DNA of 64,000 nucleotides from the human T2T-CHM13v2.0 reference genome, Homo sapiens (GCF_009914755.1 NC_060947.1); one strand, 5' to 3'. Positions 1-18,442 are shown, counted from the stretch's first letter. Made by a program: numbers and translations. Notes: generated by a model from the letters alone, not told the origin.

Positions 1-29
1 TAAATTAGAAAAATAAACATGACCTGACA

Positions 30-672
30 AGACTTGAGTCTAGTTATAGGTCTAGAAGCAAAGAAGGGTGGTATGGTGGGTCCTAACAATGATCAGCAGT
101 GTCTTACTTCTGCTTCTTCTCAGAGCTTAAGTTGTATTTTATTTCGCTGCATGTAATCTCTTGCTCACAGGTACCCAGATATCTGCAGTAACCCAGCAAT
201 CCATTTGTGCAATAGCTTCCACCACTGCTCTAAGCATTTTCCAGCCTACAGTCTAAACTATGCTATCATTCCAGTTAGTATTCCAAGTCAGAAAAGACAC
301 AACAGTCCCTCAGACTGTCCCCAGAGAAGCTAGAACTTTACAAGCAAGTTCCATTTATATTCTTTCATTCCAATGGAGGAACCAATAATTTGATGGATTC
401 TTTCAGACACTCAGTGCTGTGTTAGAGAGGGAGTGGGACAAGGGCAAGCAGAAATGACATGAAATTTTCTAGCATTTCCTTGGTTGCTTCAGCTTCTTAG
501 CTTGTTTCAAGAGTTCTCACAAAACTACTTTGCTCTATATATTTTGGGGTGTTTTGTTTTGTTTTTGTTTTTTTGTTTTTTTGTTTTTTTGTTTTTTTTT
601 TTTTTTTTGGTGTTTCCATGGGGCAATGAGGGCCTGGCGCTTTCTGCTCTGCCATCTTGCTGATGTCACTCT
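30..672 (-). mobile_element. Old L1M-type 5' end fragment, with (TTTTG)n/T tract at ~545-608
   Basis: Ends in GCCATCTTGCTGATGTCACTC, the reverse complement of the GAGTGACATCAGCAAGATGGC start of old L1M 5'UTRs; similar motif at 55765-55786. Left boundary uncertain. Confidence 0.5.
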
Positions 673-730
673 TCAGTAGTATCTCCTCTTCTCATCATGT
701 TTGTCTCTTTTTATATCTTTCTTTTATAAG

Positions 731-850
731 GTTGTGGTTCACCTTGAAACTATTCTAGGAGCCTCAGTTCAACATGTTAAACTGAAGAAAATGAAGTACT
801 CTTTTCAGTTGTGGATCGCAATGATGTCAGCAAAGGGACATGATGGGAAG
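731..850 (+). CDS. FAAH2: FAAH2 internal coding exon (probably exon 8), 120 bp, phase 0-0
   Basis: Polypyrimidine tract + TAAG acceptor ending at 730; encodes VVVHLETILGASVQHVKLKKMKYSFQLWIAMMSAKGHDGK; donor AAG|GTATTT at 850/851; joins in frame to 15734. Confidence 0.95.
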
Positions 851-1589
851 GTATTTTTACCTCTTTCTTTACTTACTTTTTTCTTTGTGTAAACATTTAT
901 TGAGCTTCTATTGTGGTCCATATGTTAGAGGTGTAGAGAAAAGAAACTCATGAAAAAAATAAGTAAAATAGTAAAATATTTAAAGAAAGCACAGTTTGGT
1001 GAATGCCTATACGGAATAGGCATATATGCTATTCACAGAGAGTGTGCCCATTCCTATATGGAAATCAGTGAAGGCTTCTTGATGGAGGAATTGCAGTCTC
1101 CCAAATCTTGAATGATTTGGAAACCTTAACCAGGTAGAGAAGAGATAAAGATTATGCCAGGCAGAGGGGAAACCACGGCAAGAACAAGGACACAGGGGAA
1201 TGAAGCTAATCTTAGTATGTTGTATGCTAGGTACTCAGAACATGTAGGTTTCAATAAAGCCTTAAGTGATTAGGTAACTTCAGTTGTCAAGTTCCACCTT
1301 TACCTTCCCCCTGAGATGTTTTAAAAATACATGTACAGAGCTATCTGCCCATCTCCTGTTTATTTTTCCCTTCCTTTTCATATCTGCTATGATTAGAAGC
1401 TGATACAGGTACTTGTGAAAGAAGCTTCCCTTATGCCAGGTTTTTTCAGGCTTGCTGAAGACTTTTAATATGAACACTTTGAGAACTATAAGATAAATTC
1501 AACATTCTGGAGAATTTAACTTTTGTGAATATAGGAATGTTTTCTGCCAATGGGAATATTTGTGTTAGAGCATGACACATCCAAATTTG

Positions 1590-1745
1590 AAGTGCAGGCT
1601 ACCTCCTAGTTTTGTTATCTTGGGCAAGTTACTTAGCTATTCTGCAGTTTACTCATACGTAAAATTAAGCTATTGATACCCATTTTACAGCTTTATTTTG
1701 TGGATTAACAATATTTTTTATAAGATATCTCACATACAATAGCCC
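1590..1745 (+). mobile_element. MIR SINE relic
   Basis: TTGGGCAAGTTACTTAGC...CAGTTTACTCATACGTAAAAT MIR core motif. Confidence 0.65.
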
Positions 1746-2284
1746 TTCCATAAGGCAGAACTCACACGACCCTCTCTACCTTAAAAAAAAAAAAAGTCAC
1801 TTTTAAAATTTTTTCAAATACCCAGTTTTCTTTGCAGAAACACTTTGGAAATCTCTCAGAACAAAACGTTTATACAAATTCACAAGGGGAGGAGGTTTGG
1901 CTCTGAGATGAAAGTTTATAATCAGAACTTTAGATCAAAACTAAAGCTGAAATCAAAAACAAAAAGTTTATTTTCAGTTCACTTCCAGAAGACACTGTCT
2001 TATAATTTGGATAAACTGTTAACATACATGCTGACTGTCAAAACTGGTCCTGTAATTACAAATCTGGAAAGAAAAAGAGGGGGGAAAAATCTGCTCTCCT
2101 CTTACTTTTTTATGATACCAGATTTAGAGCTGGGATTATGATGCCAGATTTAGAGCTGGTGGTCATAACCACTTTACCAAGTTGCTCATTAATAATCACT
2201 TAAAATAGGTAGAAAAGGGATGTGGCCATTTTCTAACCCATACTTTTTATGTTAATGTAGCTCTTTTTTAATTACAAACCTAAT

Positions 2285-2565
2285 TTAAAATTTTTAAATT
2301 TTGTGACTACATAATAGTTGTATGTATTTATGGGATATATAAGATGTTATGACACATACATACAATGTGTAGTTATGAAATCTGTAACTGAAGTATCCAA
2401 CAGTTTAAACATTTATTATTTCTTTGTGGTGTAACTTTCCAATTCCACTCTCTTGTTTTATAATATACAACAAAGTACTTTAAACTATAGTCACCCAATT
2501 GTGCTATCAAACACTAGACCTTATTTCTTCTCTTTTTATACTCAATAATCATCCCCACTTCTCTT
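2285..2565 (-). mobile_element. L1MA-type 3'UTR fragment
   Basis: GTATTTATGGG...CATTTATTATTTCTTTGTG...ACTATAGTCACCC...TGCTATCAAACACTAG pattern typical of antisense L1MA 3' ends. Confidence 0.6.
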
Positions 2566-2896
2566 GCAGTTTCTTGTGCATTTGCACTATAACATTTATT
2601 TCTTTTTATACTATCTCTTAAAAAATGGTTGTAGTTATTATCATAGTCATATCTTCAAGAACAAAATTCCACATTCAATGAAAGTAAATTCAAAAATAAG
2701 AACAATCCCCTATTCCCCTGGTTGCTCAGAAATCAACGTATAGATGCAGAAAGCCTGAAAAAGAAATGTACTATAACACTCTCAAATTAAAACAATAATT
2801 CTTCAGCAATAGACTCTGTGCAAAAGAAATCTTCAAAATGCCAGATAAGGAAATCAAAATATTGACTTTAAAAAAGGCTTAATGAAATTAAATTGA

Positions 2897-3189
2897 TTTT
2901 TTTTTTTTTTTTTTTGAGACAGAGTCTCACTCTGTTGCCTAGGCTAGATTGCAGTGGTGCAATCTTGGCCTACTGCAACCTCTGCTTCCCTTGTTTTCCT
3001 GCCTCAGCCTCCTGAATAGCTGGGGCTACAAGCACACGCCACAACACTTGGCTAATTTTTGTATTTTTAGTAGAGATGGGGTTTCACCATTTTTGGCCAG
3101 GCTAGTCTCAAACTCCTGACCTCAGGTGATCCAATCATGCTGGCCCCTAAAGTGCTGGGATTACAGGCACGAGCCACCACACCTGGACC
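2897..3189 (-). mobile_element. AluS element with small internal deletion
   Basis: T19 tail, GAGACAGAGTCTCACTCTG...GAGCCACCACACCTGG; degenerate TSD TTAAATTGA / TTAAATGGA. Confidence 0.93.
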
Positions 3190-6100
3190 TTAAATGGAAA
3201 TTTGTAAAGCAATACAAATATATTAGAATATCAACTTAGGCTGTTAATATGAAATTTACTAAGAAGGTAGATTTTCTAAAAAAATGTAATAGTAACAGAA
3301 ATTTTGGAACTTATAAATTCATTGAAGGGGTTACAAAAACATTCCAAAGACCAAGCAGAAGGAAGACTCTCGAAATATGAAGACACATCTTTTGAAGTAA
3401 TCCAATCAAACAAAAATAAAGACAAATGAACAAAGCCCTTAAGATGAGTGTGCAAAAATAACAATACTTACAATTTGTTGGTATTACTGAGGTAGAAAGA
3501 AAGATAAAAAATAAGTTTAGAAATCCTATTTAAGAAAATTATTTATGGAAGCATCTCAAGTGTAGCAAGAGATTTAGACATCCAGATACAGTAGTCCCAG
3601 CAATCCAAGACAAATACATTGCAAAAGGCATATTAAATCAGTATATCTAAAGTCAACATAAAAGAAATACTTCTATGATCAGCAAGAAAAATGCATCTAG
3701 TCACCTATGAAAGAAACCCCATCAGAGTAAGAATGAGCTTCTTAGCAGAAACTTCGCAGGTCAGAAGAAAATGGAATGGGATTTACAAATTGCTGAAAGA
3801 AAAAAATACAATAAAAATGTTTATATCCAGCATGATTAAGCTTCATAAATGAAGGAGAAATAAAGTCTTTTCCAGACAAGCAATTGCTGAGGGAATTTAT
3901 CACCACTAGAGCAGACTTAAAACAAATGCTCAAAAATGTCCTTGACATGGAAATAAAAGGTATATGTTCATGATTATGATAACTCATTAACATATAAAAC
4001 TCAATGATATTATAAAACAATCACATAAAGAAGGAAGAAAAGTCAAGTTGTTAACACAACAAAATTTCACCAAACCATAAAGACAAACAGAGAAAAAGAA
4101 ACAATGTATAAAACAACTGAAAAGATTTAGTGACCTGACAGAAAATAAACCTCATGTATAAATGTTAACCTTGAACTCAAATGGATTAAGTACTCTTCTA
4201 AAGAGAGATAGATTGGCAGAAAATATAAGAAACATGATCCATCTAAATGCTGCTTCCAAGAAATTCACCTTCTCTGTAAATACATACATAGACTGAGAGA
4301 AAAGGGTTGAAAAAAGATATTTTATGGAAATAGAAACTAAAAGAGAGTAGGAATAGCTTTACCTATACTAGATATAGCAGATATTAAATTAAAAAGTTAA
4401 AAAAGACAAATAAGGTTATTGTATAATGATAAAAGGATCAATGCAACAGGAGGATATAACATTACTCAGTATATATACACTCAATACTGGAGCAACCAGA
4501 TTCATAAAACAAATATTACTACATCTAAAGAGAGAGGTGGAAAATAATACAATAATAGTGTGAGACTTCAACTGTGCACTCACAGCATTAGACATCATTA
4601 AGACGGGAAATCAACAAAGAAATATTGAACTTATTTGGACTTTAGGTGCAATAGACCTAACACACTTTGACAGAAAAGTCTACTCAACAACTGTGAAATG
4701 TACATTTTTTTCACATAAGCACATGGAACATTCTCCAAGATAGACCATGTATGACCTTGTATAGACCTTGTATTTTAGGCCACAAAACAAGTCTCAATGA
4801 ATTTTTTAACATTAAAAACATATCAAGAATCTTCTCAGACCACGCTTGAATAAAACTGAATATCACTACTTTTGGGAACTTTGGAAACTATACAAATACA
4901 TGGAAATCAAACATGTTCCTTAATGATTATTGTGTCAATGAAGAAATTAAGGTGGAAATTGTAGCAATTTTTGAAACAAATGAAAAGGAAAACACAACAC
5001 ATCAAATTCTGTGGGATAAAGAAAAAGGAGTTCCCAAAGGGATGTTCATAGTATTAAATGCCTATACTAAAAAAGTAGGAACATTACAAATTAACAACCT
5101 AATGATGGACTGCCATGAACTAGAAACACAAGAACAAACTAAACCGAAAAGTGGCAGAAGAAAATGAGTTAAAAAAAAAAATTCTAGTAGAACTAAGTAA
5201 AATAGAGACCAAAAAGGAAAGGTAGAAGTACAAAGGGTCACTGAAACAGGAAGTGTTGGTTCTTAAAAAAGGTAAACAAAATAATCCACTATCCAGATTA
5301 ATCATGAAAAAAAGAGAGATTACAACAAAATCAGAAATGAAAAAAGAGAGATTACAACAAAATCGGAAAAGCAAAAGAAGAAATTATAAATCACATCACA
5401 GAAATACAAACATTCTTAAAAATTATTATTAAGAACTCTACTTCCACAAACAAGAAAACCTAGAGGAAATAAATTAATTTCTGGAAACATGCAACCTCCC
5501 GTTTGAATCAGGAGGTAATAGAGAACTTGAGCAGACCTATAATGAATAGCAACATTGAATCAGTAATAAATAATTTGTAACAAAGGAATCTCAGAACTAA
5601 ATGGATTTTCCATACACACAAAGAAGAATAAACAGTTCTTTTGAAATTGCTCCAAAAGTTCAAAGAGGAGAGAATTCTTCATAACTCATTCCATGACACC
5701 ACTATCACCCTGATACCAAAACCATACAAGAACACAACAACCACAGAAAAACTACAGATCAGTAGTCTGAAGAGCATAGATGCAAAACTCCTCAGCAAAA
5801 TACTAGAAAACCAAATTCAACATCATAACAAAAAGATAATACGCCATAAACAAGTGGGTTTTATATTAGGAATATAAGGATGGTTTAACATATACAAATC
5901 AATAAAAGTGATATATTACATAAACAAAAATAACAAAACCATATAATTATCTCAAGAGATGCAGGAAAAAGCATTTAATAAAATTTAGAATCTTTTTATG
6001 ATAAACAGTCTCAACAATCTAGGCATAAAATGAACATATCTCAATGTAATAAAGGCCACATACAACAAACCCAAATCTAATATCACACTGAATGGAGAAA

Positions 6101-6489
6101 AGTTGAAAGCATTTCCTCTAAGAACTAGAACAAGACAAGGATGCCCACTTTCACCACTCCTATTCAACACAGTACTGAAAGTCCTAGCCAGAGCAATCTG
6201 GCAAAAGAAAGAAATAAAAGATATCCAAACTGGAAAAGAGGAAGTGAAATTTTTTCCTGTTATCTGACTATATAATCTTATATCTTGAAAAACCTAAAGA
6301 CTCCAAAAAGAATCCCCTAGAATTGATAAAAGAATTCAGTAAAGTTTCAGGATACAAAATACATGTATAAAAACAAGTAGCATTTTTTTACACCAATAAA
6401 AGTGTAGCTGAGAATAAAATCAACAATGCAATTCCATTTATAATAGTTACAAAAAATAAAGTAGAACTCCTTGTTAATTAATAAGATGA

Positions 6490-7085
6490 AATATATATAA
6501 TGTATATATTACATATAAATATATAACATATTTATATATATATATTATATATATTATTTATATTTATATTTATATTGAAATATAATTATATATTATATAT
6601 TAAATATGTTATAATTAGATTTATATTTTTAAATTATATAATATATAAATATAATTATATGTACTTTTACTGATATATATCTGTATACATATATACATAC
6701 GTATATGTATACACATATATACATACGTACATGTATACACATATATACATACGTACATGTATACACATATATACATACGTATATGTATACACATATGTAC
6801 ATATATACATACGTATATGTATACACATATGTACATATATACATATGTATATATATACACATATATACGTATATATGTATATACATACATACACGTGTAT
6901 ATATGTATTGTCCAATGTATTGAATTGTGTATATGTATACACGTGTATATATATTTGTGTATATATATATACACACATATACACAGTAGTTTGTAGTTTT
7001 ACTGATATCTATATCTATATCACTATATACATATCAGTATATATATCAGTATATATAGATATAAGTATATAGATATAGATATAGA
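6490..7085. repeat. Complex AT-rich / (TA)(TACA)(TATG) microsatellite with 26-bp higher-order unit
   Basis: Unit ATATATACATACGTAYATGTATACAC starts at 6689, 6715, 6741, 6767, followed by longer variants; almost pure purine-pyrimidine alternation. Confidence 0.95.
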
Positions 7086-7388
7086 TATCAGTAAAACTAC
7101 AGACTACTGATGTAAGAAAAAGTAGATGACACAAATAAATGGAGAAACATCCCATGCTATTGGATTGGAAGAATTAATATATACAAAATTATATATATAT
7201 ATATCAGTAAAACTACAAAATGCTGATGAAAGAAAAAGTAGATGACACAAATAAATGGAGAAACATCCCATGCTATTGGATTGGAAAAATATAAACAAAA
7301 TTACCATACTGCTCTAAGCAATCTACAGATTTAATACTTTTCCTATCATAACATCAGTGTCATTTTTTCGAAGAATTAGAAAACATTC

Positions 7389-13531
<6,143 letters not shown>

Positions 13532-13534
13532 GAG

Positions 13535-15210
13535 CCTACAACCTGTCTTCCAGCTTACTAATTACTTATTCTATTTGTTTAATAATGCATTTGAGAGATT
13601 CTCATGCATTTTCAGTTTGTCAAGTGAATTTTTCTTCTTTTTAAATTTTAATCTTTAAAAAATGTCTCTGACGGAATTTGGAATTACTTCTCTGCATTGT
13701 CTTTAAGTTCATTAGGCTTCCTCAAGACACCTATTTTCAATTCTCTGCCTGACAATTCACATATCTCTGTCACTCCTGAATTGGTCACTGGTGCCTTATT
13801 TAGTTTATTTGGTTAGGTTATGTTTTCCTGGATGTTTTTGATGCTTATGTACATTTATTAATGTCTTAACATTGAAGAGTTAGGTGTTGTTTTCAATATT
13901 CACCGTCTGTGCTTGGTTTGGCCCATCCTTATTGAAAGACTTCCCATGTATTCGAAGAGGATTGAGTGTTGTCCTGTAAGTGTGTTTTCACTGAATCCAT
14001 AACAGCAGTAGGTGGCGTCTTAAGCTGAGGAATGCTGTGACTCTTGCCAAATCCCAGAGGCACTGCTTTGGTGGTGTTGAGTAATATAAGGGAAAATTTC
14101 CTGGGTCACCAGGTAAAGTAAGTCACTCTCTTGTCTCTCTTTCCCTCAATATGAAGGAGTCTGTTTTTATGCTGAGTTGTCTAGAATTGGGAAAGGGATG
14201 ACATGAGTACTCCTGTGGCCACTACAGCTGGCAGTGTGCTAGATTAAACATTAAGCTAGCACAGTACGGGGTCTCATCCAAGGCTCATGGCAACTACTGC
14301 CTGACTAATGTTTATAGGAGACTCTGGTGCTCTTGAGTCAGAAGTTTGGGAATCCTCCTGGTACTGGGTTCTTCACTTCAGGACAGTCAATTCCCTTCTC
14401 ACTAGAGTGGGTCTAGAAAGACCATCCAGGAGCTAAGGCCTGTTATTGGGGACTTCAGGAATCTCCTTGTTGCTTCATTTTACTATAGCTACGCTGGTAC
14501 CCAACTTGCAAGACAAAATCTTCTGTACTTTTCCCACTCCTTTCCCAAAGCCACAGAAGTCTCTTCACCAGCTACATTGCCGGAGTTAAAGGAAGGGTGA
14601 TGCATGCACTCTTTTGGCCACCACAGCTGATGTTGTACTAGGTTGGGTGCATCCAAAATCAATTGCCTCTGAGAGAACAGTGCAGCTCCAGGGTTTTTCC
14701 AAGGCCTGTAGTCCTTGAGGTCTGATGGCCACTCAAATTTACTTCAGGCCTCGGGCCATGTTAGTCAGCTAGTGGTGGAGCCAGCCAGGACTGGAGTTCC
14801 TCCCACTGGAGCTGAGAATTTCCCTCATTCAGAACTGCTCTAAATGTTCCCTGCTTTGGTGCTAGCATAATTTTTCCCTATGTTGCATACCACTGGGACA
14901 GGGCAGGACTGGGTTGCAATGCAAAGTAGCCCATTCACTTTACTCACCATCCTGTAAGCAAACAAATTGTCTTTCAATGAGGTGCTGATGGACAATGAGG
15001 GAGGGTTTGTGTAGGCAATGCAAGACCATCTTTCCTACTCTCTTCAGTGCCTCTTTTATTGATATTTTGTTAAAACCAGTTATTGTGATTGCTCATTTTA
15101 TTGGTTCTTATGAATGTGTTTTCTTGCATGCATAGTTGTTTAATTTGGTGTTCTTGCAAGGAGGCTGACTGCTGAAGCATTCTATTCAGCCATCCTGCTC
15201 TGCCTACACT
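13535..15210 (-). mobile_element. Old L1 (L1M/L1PB-type) 5'UTR and start of ORF1
   Basis: Antisense ORF1 coiled-coil-like sequence at 13540-13800; ends CTATTCAGCCATCCTGCTC (reverse complement of an L1 5' start). Confidence 0.7.
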
Positions 15211-15219
15211 TCCCTATAA

Positions 15220-15690
15220 CAGGTTTGTTGAGGTATAATTCATATACCATGCAATGTGCCTATTTAATGTATACAATGTAATGGACTTTAGTACATTTAG
15301 AGTTGTGCAACAATCATCACAATTTTAGAATATTTTCGTCATTCCTAAAAGAGACCTCGTACTCATTATCAGTCACTCTACAACCCACTCGCACCTCCAT
15401 AGCCTTAAGTAACCAAGAATCTACTTTCTGTCTCTATAGATTTGATTATTCTGGATATTTCATGTGAATAGGCTCATACGTATGTGATGTCTTGTTACTG
15501 GCTTCTTTCACTAGGCACAATATTTCAAGTTTTATCTATATTGTATCATATATCAGCACTTACTTTGTGTGACTGAGTAATATTTTATCAATAAATTTTA
15601 TTTATGTATTCATCAATTGACTGGTATTTTACTGTTATGAATGATTATTCATATATAAGTCTTGTATAGGTGTTTTGGTCTTTACTATTT
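15220..15690 (-). mobile_element. L1MB-type 3' end fragment
   Basis: TTGAGGTATAATTCATATACCAT...GAGTTGTGCAAC...CTACTTTCTGTCTCTATAGATTTG...CTGGCTTCTTTCACT. Confidence 0.75.
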
Positions 15691-15733
15691 TGAGAAAATA
15701 CTCTTGTATTTTATTTCTTTCCTTCAATCTCAG

Positions 15734-15845
15734 GAACCTGTGAAATTTGTAGATTTGCTTGGTGACCATGGGAAACATGTCAGTCCTCTGTGGGAGTTGA
15801 TCAAATGGTGCCTGGGTCTGTCAGTGTACACCATCCCTTCCATTG
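15734..15845 (+). CDS. FAAH2: FAAH2 internal coding exon (probably exon 9), 112 bp, phase 0-1
   Basis: Acceptor TTCAATCTCAG|GAA; encodes EPVKFVDLLGDHGKHVSPLWELIKWCLGLSVYTIPSI(G); donor TTG|GTATGT. Confidence 0.95.
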
Positions 15846-15917
15846 GTATGTAAATCATATTCTACCTAGACCAGTTTGATGTCCTGTAATATTTCTTAAT
15901 ATCTAAATATAAATTTT

Positions 15918-16816
15918 GGACTAAAGGCCCCATGCAAGTCCAAAATCCAGTGGGGTACTGAAATCTTAACGCTCCAAAATGATCTCCTTTGACTCCATGT
16001 CTCACATCCAGGTCACGCTGATGCAAGAGGTGGGTTCTCATGGTCTTGGGCAGCTCCACCCCTATGGCTTTCCAGGGTATAGCCTCCCTCCAAGTTGCTT
16101 TCATGTGTTGGCATTGAGTGTCTGTGGATTTTCTGGGTGTACTGTGCAAGCTATCAGTGGATCTACCATTCTGGGGTCTGGAGGACAGTGGCCCTCTTCT
16201 CACAGCTCCACTAGGCAGTGCTCCAGTGGGGACTCTGTGTGGGAGCTTCAACCCCACATTTCCCTTCCACACTGCCCTAGCAGAGGTTTTCTGTGAGGGC
16301 CTTGTCCCTGCAGCACACCTCTGTCTGGGCAGTCAGGCATTTTCATACATCCTCTAAAATCTGGGCAGAGGTTTCCAAACATCAATTCTTGATTTTTGTT
16401 CACCCACAGGCCCAACACCACATGGAAGCCACCAAGGTTTGGGGCTTCCATCCTCTGAAGCAATTACCTGAGCTCAATCTTGGCCCCTTTTAGCCATGAT
16501 TCTAGCCATGGCTAGAGGGGCTGGAATGCAGGGCACCAAGTCCCTGGGCTGCACACAGCAAGAGGGCCCTGGGCCTGGTCCATGAAACCATTTTTTCCTC
16601 TTAGGCCTCTGAACCTGTGATGGAAGGGCTGCCACAAAGGACTCTGAAATGCCCTGGAGACATTTTCTCCATTGTCTTGGAGATTAACATTTGGATCCTC
16701 CTTATTTATGTAAATTTCTGCAGCCGGCTTGAATTTCTCCTTAGAAAATGGGTTTTTCTTTTCTATCCATCATCAGGCTGCAAATTTTCCAAACGTTTAT
16801 TCTCTGTTTCCCCTTT
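15918..16816 (-). mobile_element. ERVL-MaLR (THE1/MST) internal-region fragment, no LTRs
   Basis: GGCCCCATGCAAGTCC...CTCCAAAATGATCTCCTTTGACTCCATGTCTCACATCCAGGTCACGCTGATGCAAGAGGTGGG typical of THE1/MST-int. Confidence 0.85.
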
Positions 16817-16835
16817 TCTGAAGGACTTGCTTTGA

Positions 16836-17078
16836 TGTCCAGGCTGGAGTGCAGTGATGCAATCATGACTCACTGCAGCATTGACCTCCTGGGCTAAAGC
16901 AATCCTCCTGCCTCAACTCCTAAGTTGCTGGGACTACAGGGCTCACCACCACACCTGGCTAAGAGATGGAGTTTCATCATATTGCCCAAGCTGGTCTTGA
17001 ACCCCTGGGCTCAAGTAATCTGCCAGCCTTGGCCTTGAGAAGTGCTGGGATTACAGACATGAGCCACCATGCTCAGCT
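16836..17078 (-). mobile_element. AluJ, lacking tail and central A-rich linker
   Basis: CAGGCTGGAGTGCAGTG...TCATGACTCACTGCAGC...CCTGGGCTCAAG (J-type); CTGGCTAA joins directly to GAGATGG. Confidence 0.88.
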
Positions 17079-17331
17079 ATAATGGGTTTTCAATTATGTG
17101 AAAAATCCTTATGATGAACTATGCAGTAGCAGAGGCTAGAAATGTTATATATAGCATTACTAAAACAAACTAGAAGGAGTTAAAAGTAAGATTATAAAGT
17201 TTCCTTTTCCATCACTTACTTTCTCAGTGTTCTATAATGAACATGTATTACTTGAATAAGAAAAGATAAAGAACACTAGGAATTAAAATGAAGTTTATTA
17301 CCTTAACTTGATATATGTTATCATTCTGTAG

Positions 17332-17526
17332 GACTGGCTTTGTTGGAAGAAAAGCTCAGATATAGCAATGAGAAATACCAAAAGTTTAAGGCAGTGGAAG
17401 AAAGCCTGCGTAAAGAGCTGGTGGATATGCTAGGTGATGATGGTGTGTTCTTATATCCCTCACATCCCACAGTGGCACCTAAGCATCATGTCCCTCTAAC
17501 ACGGCCTTTCAACTTTGCTTACACAG
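17332..17526 (+). CDS. FAAH2: FAAH2 internal coding exon (probably exon 10), 195 bp, phase 1-1
   Basis: Acceptor CATTCTGTAG|GA; encodes (G)LALLEEKLRYSNEKYQKFKAVEESLRKELVDMLGDDGVFLYPSHPTVAPKHHVPLTRPFNFAYT(G), an amidase-family 'D-x-x-L-x-P' region; donor CAG|GTACCT. Confidence 0.96.
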
Positions 17527-17744
17527 GTACCTAATTGTATTCCTTACATTCTGTAATCTTAAAGAAATAGAGATGTATGTTTCCAAGGAAAGCATAATTT
17601 TCTTTTGCAGTTGGACAAGTTTTAAACCTGCAGGTATAAAAGTGCTGTGTGATTGAAAACTCCAGAAAACAGTTGCTAATGTCATATGTTGAAGATACTT
17701 TGCCAATATCTGGTTTCTCCACAATAATCCTACAAGTGCATATG

Positions 17745-17840
17745 AGTATCCACATTTTACAGAACTGTGCCTCAGGGAGGTTCAGCCACTTGTCTTCTAT
17801 CACTCAGTGTGATCACACTAGATCCAAAGTCTCCCCTGGC
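17745..17840 (-). mobile_element. MIR fragment
   Basis: CACATTTTACAG...CTCAGGGAGGTTCAGCCACTTG. Confidence 0.5.
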
Positions 17841-18249
17841 TGCTCTGAATTAAACCAAGTTAAGCTTTTATCAGGATCTGTGGCTTCCCAGAAGATTCTT
17901 GTACAGAAGACAATTCTCCAAGGGATCATTTACTTGACTTAGCTATCATCCCCTTTGAATTCAATTCATTCTATTCACCAAACTAATTTTCTTCACCTGG
18001 TTTTTAAGCCATGGATGGATCATGATTATGTGAAGTCTAAAGGCCCCTGGACATGTACTAGGTCAGTTTCTATGGTTTCTCCAGAGTCTTGTCCCAGGGA
18101 ACCACACTATTCTTTGAGATGAAGATAGAGAACTCTTCATCAAATACACGTTCTCACCCAATAAACCTGTGGTCCACTTAAAGTTAGAATTTGGAATCCT
18201 TTGCTCTGCAATTTTCTACTTGTGCATCTGGAGGAAGACATTGAATCTT

Positions 18250-18345
18250 TCTCAACTTATTTCCTATCTAGGAAGTCAGGGTAATCTATGCCTTGCAGTG
18301 TTGCAGTTAAGATTAAATGAAATAATACGTGTAAATTAATTAACA
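18250..18345 (+). mobile_element. MIR fragment
   Basis: GTTAAGATTAAATGAAATAATACGTGTAAA MIR 3' motif. Confidence 0.55.
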
Positions 18346-18442
18346 TAAGGGTTGTGGAGGATGAGGGAGAGGATATTAAACAGTCCCTATCCTTAATTTC
18401 CTTACCCTTACTCTCTCCCTGGCTTTGATCACTCACTCTTAA

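Larger units (their letters stand above)
2680..7388 (+). mobile_element. Old degraded L1 (L1PB/L1MA-like), ORF1 to ORF2 RT region; interrupted by an Alu and a microsatellite; 3' part missing
   Basis: Frameshifted ORF1/ORF2 fragments (LNDYCVNEEIK...[33 protein letters not shown]); ends abruptly at GAATTAGAAAACATTC. Confidence 0.85.

Noticed and set aside
1845-2141. 98-aa ORF in intron 8
   Set aside because: Non-ATG start, AT-rich, no homology I recognise, no convincing splice sites.
6689-6840. 26-bp repeats resembling a CRISPR array
   Set aside because: Head-to-tail low-complexity units with no unique spacers and no cas genes; primate intron.
6621-7072. Six overlapping Y/I/H/T/M/C-rich ORFs
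   Set aside because: Translation artefacts of a stop-poor microsatellite.
15862-16835. Several 66-136 aa ORFs in intron 9
   Set aside because: Lie within a non-coding MaLR internal fragment.
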